Positions 1-4,967 of a stretch of 4,967 nucleotides of DNA are shown here, one piece after another. The notes under the pieces were generated by a model that searched no databases, was not told the DNA's origin, and saw nothing but the letters and a program-made list of their open reading frames with translations. Numbering within the stretch: position 1 is the stretch's first letter; each line of letters begins with the position of its first letter. Where the stretch lies: the IMG/VR virus record IMGVR_UViG_2740892229_000007. The stretch is one strand, 5' to 3'. The translations under genes and the position numbers were made by a program. The stretch is from a virus. Lineage: Duplodnaviria > Heunggongvirae > Uroviricota > Caudoviricetes.

Positions 1-2
1 TA

Positions 3-950
<948 letters not shown>

Positions 951-960
951 NNNNNNNNNN
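951..960. other. Gap: run of 10 N (block junction 3/4)
   Basis: 10 consecutive n; sequence after the gap re-reads 839-950. Confidence 0.99.
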
Positions 961-3558
<2,598 letters not shown>

Positions 3559-3578
<20 letters not shown>

Positions 3579-4967
3579 TCTCCCGCATATTGCCAGCATG
3601 GCTTTTAATGAGCCGCTGATGCTTGAACCCGCCTATGCGCGGGTTTTCTTTTGTGCGCTTGCAGGCCAGCTTGGGATCAGCCGCCTGACGGATGCGGTGT
3701 CCGGCGACAGCCTGACTGCCCAGGAGGCACCCGCGACGCTGGCATTATCCGGTGATGATGACGGACCACGACAGGCCCGCAGTTATCAGGTCATGAACGG
3801 CATCNNNNNNNNNNAGTATCCGGCGACAGCCTGACTGCCGGAGAGGCACCCGCGGCGCTGGCGTTATCCGGTGATGATGACGGACCACGACAGGCCCGNN
3901 NNNNNNNNATCCGGCGACAGCCTGACTGCCGGAGAGGCACCCGCGGCGCTGGCGTTATCCGTTGATGATGACGGACCACGACAGGCCCGCAGTTATCAGG
4001 TCATGAACGGCATCGCCGTGCTNNNNNNNNNNGAGTTATCAGGTCATGAACGGCATCGCCGTGCTGCCGGTGTCCGGTACGCTGGTCAGCCGGACGCGGG
4101 CGCTGCAGCCGTATTCGGGAATGACCGGTTACAACGGCATTATCGCCCGTCTGCAACAGGCTGCCAGCGATCCGATGGTGGACGGCATTCTGCTCGATAT
4201 GGACACACCGGGCGGGATGGTGGCGGGAGCATTTGACTGTGCTGACATCATCGCCCGTGTGCGAGACATAAAACCGGTATGGGCGCTGGCCAACGACATG
4301 AACTGCAGTGCAGGTCAGCTGCTTNNNNNNNNNNGATGACCGGTTACAACGGCATTATCGCCCGTCTGCAACAGGCTGCCAGCGACCCGATGGTGGACGG
4401 CATTCTGCTCGATATGGATACGCCAGGCGGGATGGTGGCAGGGGCATTTGACTGCGCTGACATCATCGCCCGTGTGCGTGACATAAAGCCGGTATGGGCG
4501 CTGGCCAACGACATGAACTGCAGTGCAGGTCAGCTGCTTGCCAGTGCCGCCTCCCGACGTCTGGTCACGCAGACCGCACGGACAGGCTCCATCGGCGTCA
4601 TGATGGCTCACAGTAATTACGGCGCTGCGCTGGAGAAANNNNNNNNNNTGACATGAACTGCAGCGCAGGTCAGCTGCTTGCCAGTGCCTCCTCCCGGCGT
4701 CTGGTCACGCAGACCGCCCGGACAGGCTCCATCGGCGTCATGATGGCTCACAGTAATTACGGTGCTGCGCTGGAGAAACAGGGCGTGGAAATCACGCTGA
4801 TTTACAGCGGTAGCCATAAGGTGGATGGCAACCCCTACAGCCATCTACCGGATGATGTCCGGGAAACATTGCAGTCCCGGATGGATGCAACCCGCCGGAT
4901 GTTTGCACAGAAGGTGTCGGCATATACCGGCCTGTCCGTGCAGGCTGTGCTGGATACCGAGGCTGCA
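3559..4967 (+). CDS. C: Prohead protease / minor capsid protein C (lambda gpC-like, S49 SppA-type peptidase family); 3' end outside the window; interrupted by 5 N runs and redundant blocks
   Basis: GTG start at 3559, 6 nt downstream of GAGGAGG (3546-3552), overlapping the gpB 3' end by 20 nt. In-frame pieces: 3559-3804, 3816-3898, 3910-4022, 4034-4324, 4336-4638, 4650-4967. Translation (M)TAELRNLPHIASMAFNEPLMLEPAYARVFFCALAGQLGISRLTDAVSGDSLTA...SYQVMNGIAVLPVSGTLVSRTRALQPYSGMTGYNGIIARLQQAASDPMVDGILLDMDTPGGMVAGAFDCADIIARVRDIKPVWALANDMNCSAGQLLASA...GSIGVMMAHSNYGAALEKQGVEITLIYSGSHKVDGNPYSHLPDDVRETLQSRMDATRRMFAQKVSAYTGLSVQAVLDTEAA. Confidence 0.9.
3805..3814. other. Gap: run of 10 N (block junction 12/13)
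   Basis: 10 consecutive n; sequence after the gap re-reads 3696-3779. Confidence 0.99.
3815..3898 (+). repeat. 84-bp block that re-reads 3696-3779 (gpC region); second allele
   Basis: gtg->gta synonymous; cag->gga (Q->G), acg->gcg (T->A), gca->gcg synonymous. Confidence 0.9.
3899..3908. other. Gap: run of 10 N (block junction 13/14)
   Basis: 10 consecutive n; sequence after the gap re-reads 3699-3804. Confidence 0.99.
3909..4014 (+). repeat. Redundant re-read of 3699-3804 (gpC region); third allele
   Basis: As block 3815-3898 plus ggt->gtt (G->V) at 3961-3963. Confidence 0.9.
4023..4032. other. Gap: run of 10 N (block junction 14/15)
   Basis: 10 consecutive n; sequence after the gap re-reads 3990-4022. 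Confidence 0.99.
4033..4065 (+). repeat. Redundant re-read of 3990-4022 (gpC region)
   Basis: 33-bp overlap, identical apart from the first base. Confidence 0.85.
4325..4334. other. Gap: run of 10 N (block junction 15/16)
   Basis: 10 consecutive n; sequence after the gap re-reads 4120-4324. Confidence 0.99.
4335..4539 (+). repeat. Redundant re-read of 4120-4324 (gpC region)
   Basis: All differences found by eye are synonymous (gat->gac, gac->gat, aca->acg, ccg->cca, gcg->gca, gga->ggg, tgt->tgc, cga->cgt, aaa->aag). Confidence 0.9.
4639..4648. other. Gap: run of 10 N (block junction 16/17)
   Basis: 10 consecutive n; sequence after the gap re-reads 4509-4638. Confidence 0.99.
4649..4778 (+). 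repeat. Redundant re-read of 4509-4638 (gpC region)
   Basis: agt->agc, cga->cgg, gca->gcc, ggc->ggt synonymous; gcc->tcc (A->S) at 4689-4691. Confidence 0.9.
4881..4967 (+). CDS. nu3: Nested in-frame start of a capsid scaffolding protein (lambda Nu3-like) inside the gpC reading frame; 3' partial
   Basis: In-frame ATG at 4881 (SRMDATRRMFAQKV...) at the position where lambda nu3 initiates inside gene C (about codon 239 of C). Call rests on known lambda gene organisation; no strong Shine-Dalgarno is visible upstream. Confidence 0.5.
   Translation, partial: MDATRRMFAQKVSAYTGLSVQAVLDTEAA

Overview
This window is the head-morphogenesis core of a lambda-like (lambdoid) phage or prophage, entirely on the + strand. 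It holds the 3' end of the terminase large subunit (gpA-like), a gpW-like head-completion protein, a gpB-like portal protein, and the 5' two-thirds of a gpC-like S49 prohead protease with the nested in-frame start of a Nu3-like scaffold. Protein identities are from my recollection of phage lambda, not from a database search. The sequence is not colinear DNA: it is 17 blocks separated by 16 runs of exactly 10 N, and each block after a gap re-reads 33-205 bp already present upstream, with point differences that are mostly synonymous. The reading frame changes at nearly every gap, so ORF-track proteins that read through 'XXXX' are artefacts. The simplest reading is a reference-ordered pseudo-scaffold of contigs from at least three closely related phage copies, all apparently intact. 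I do not see a novel system here: genes overlap by 4-20 nt, there is no intergenic space, and I found no accessory ORFs, RNA genes, CRISPR or credible minus-strand genes.
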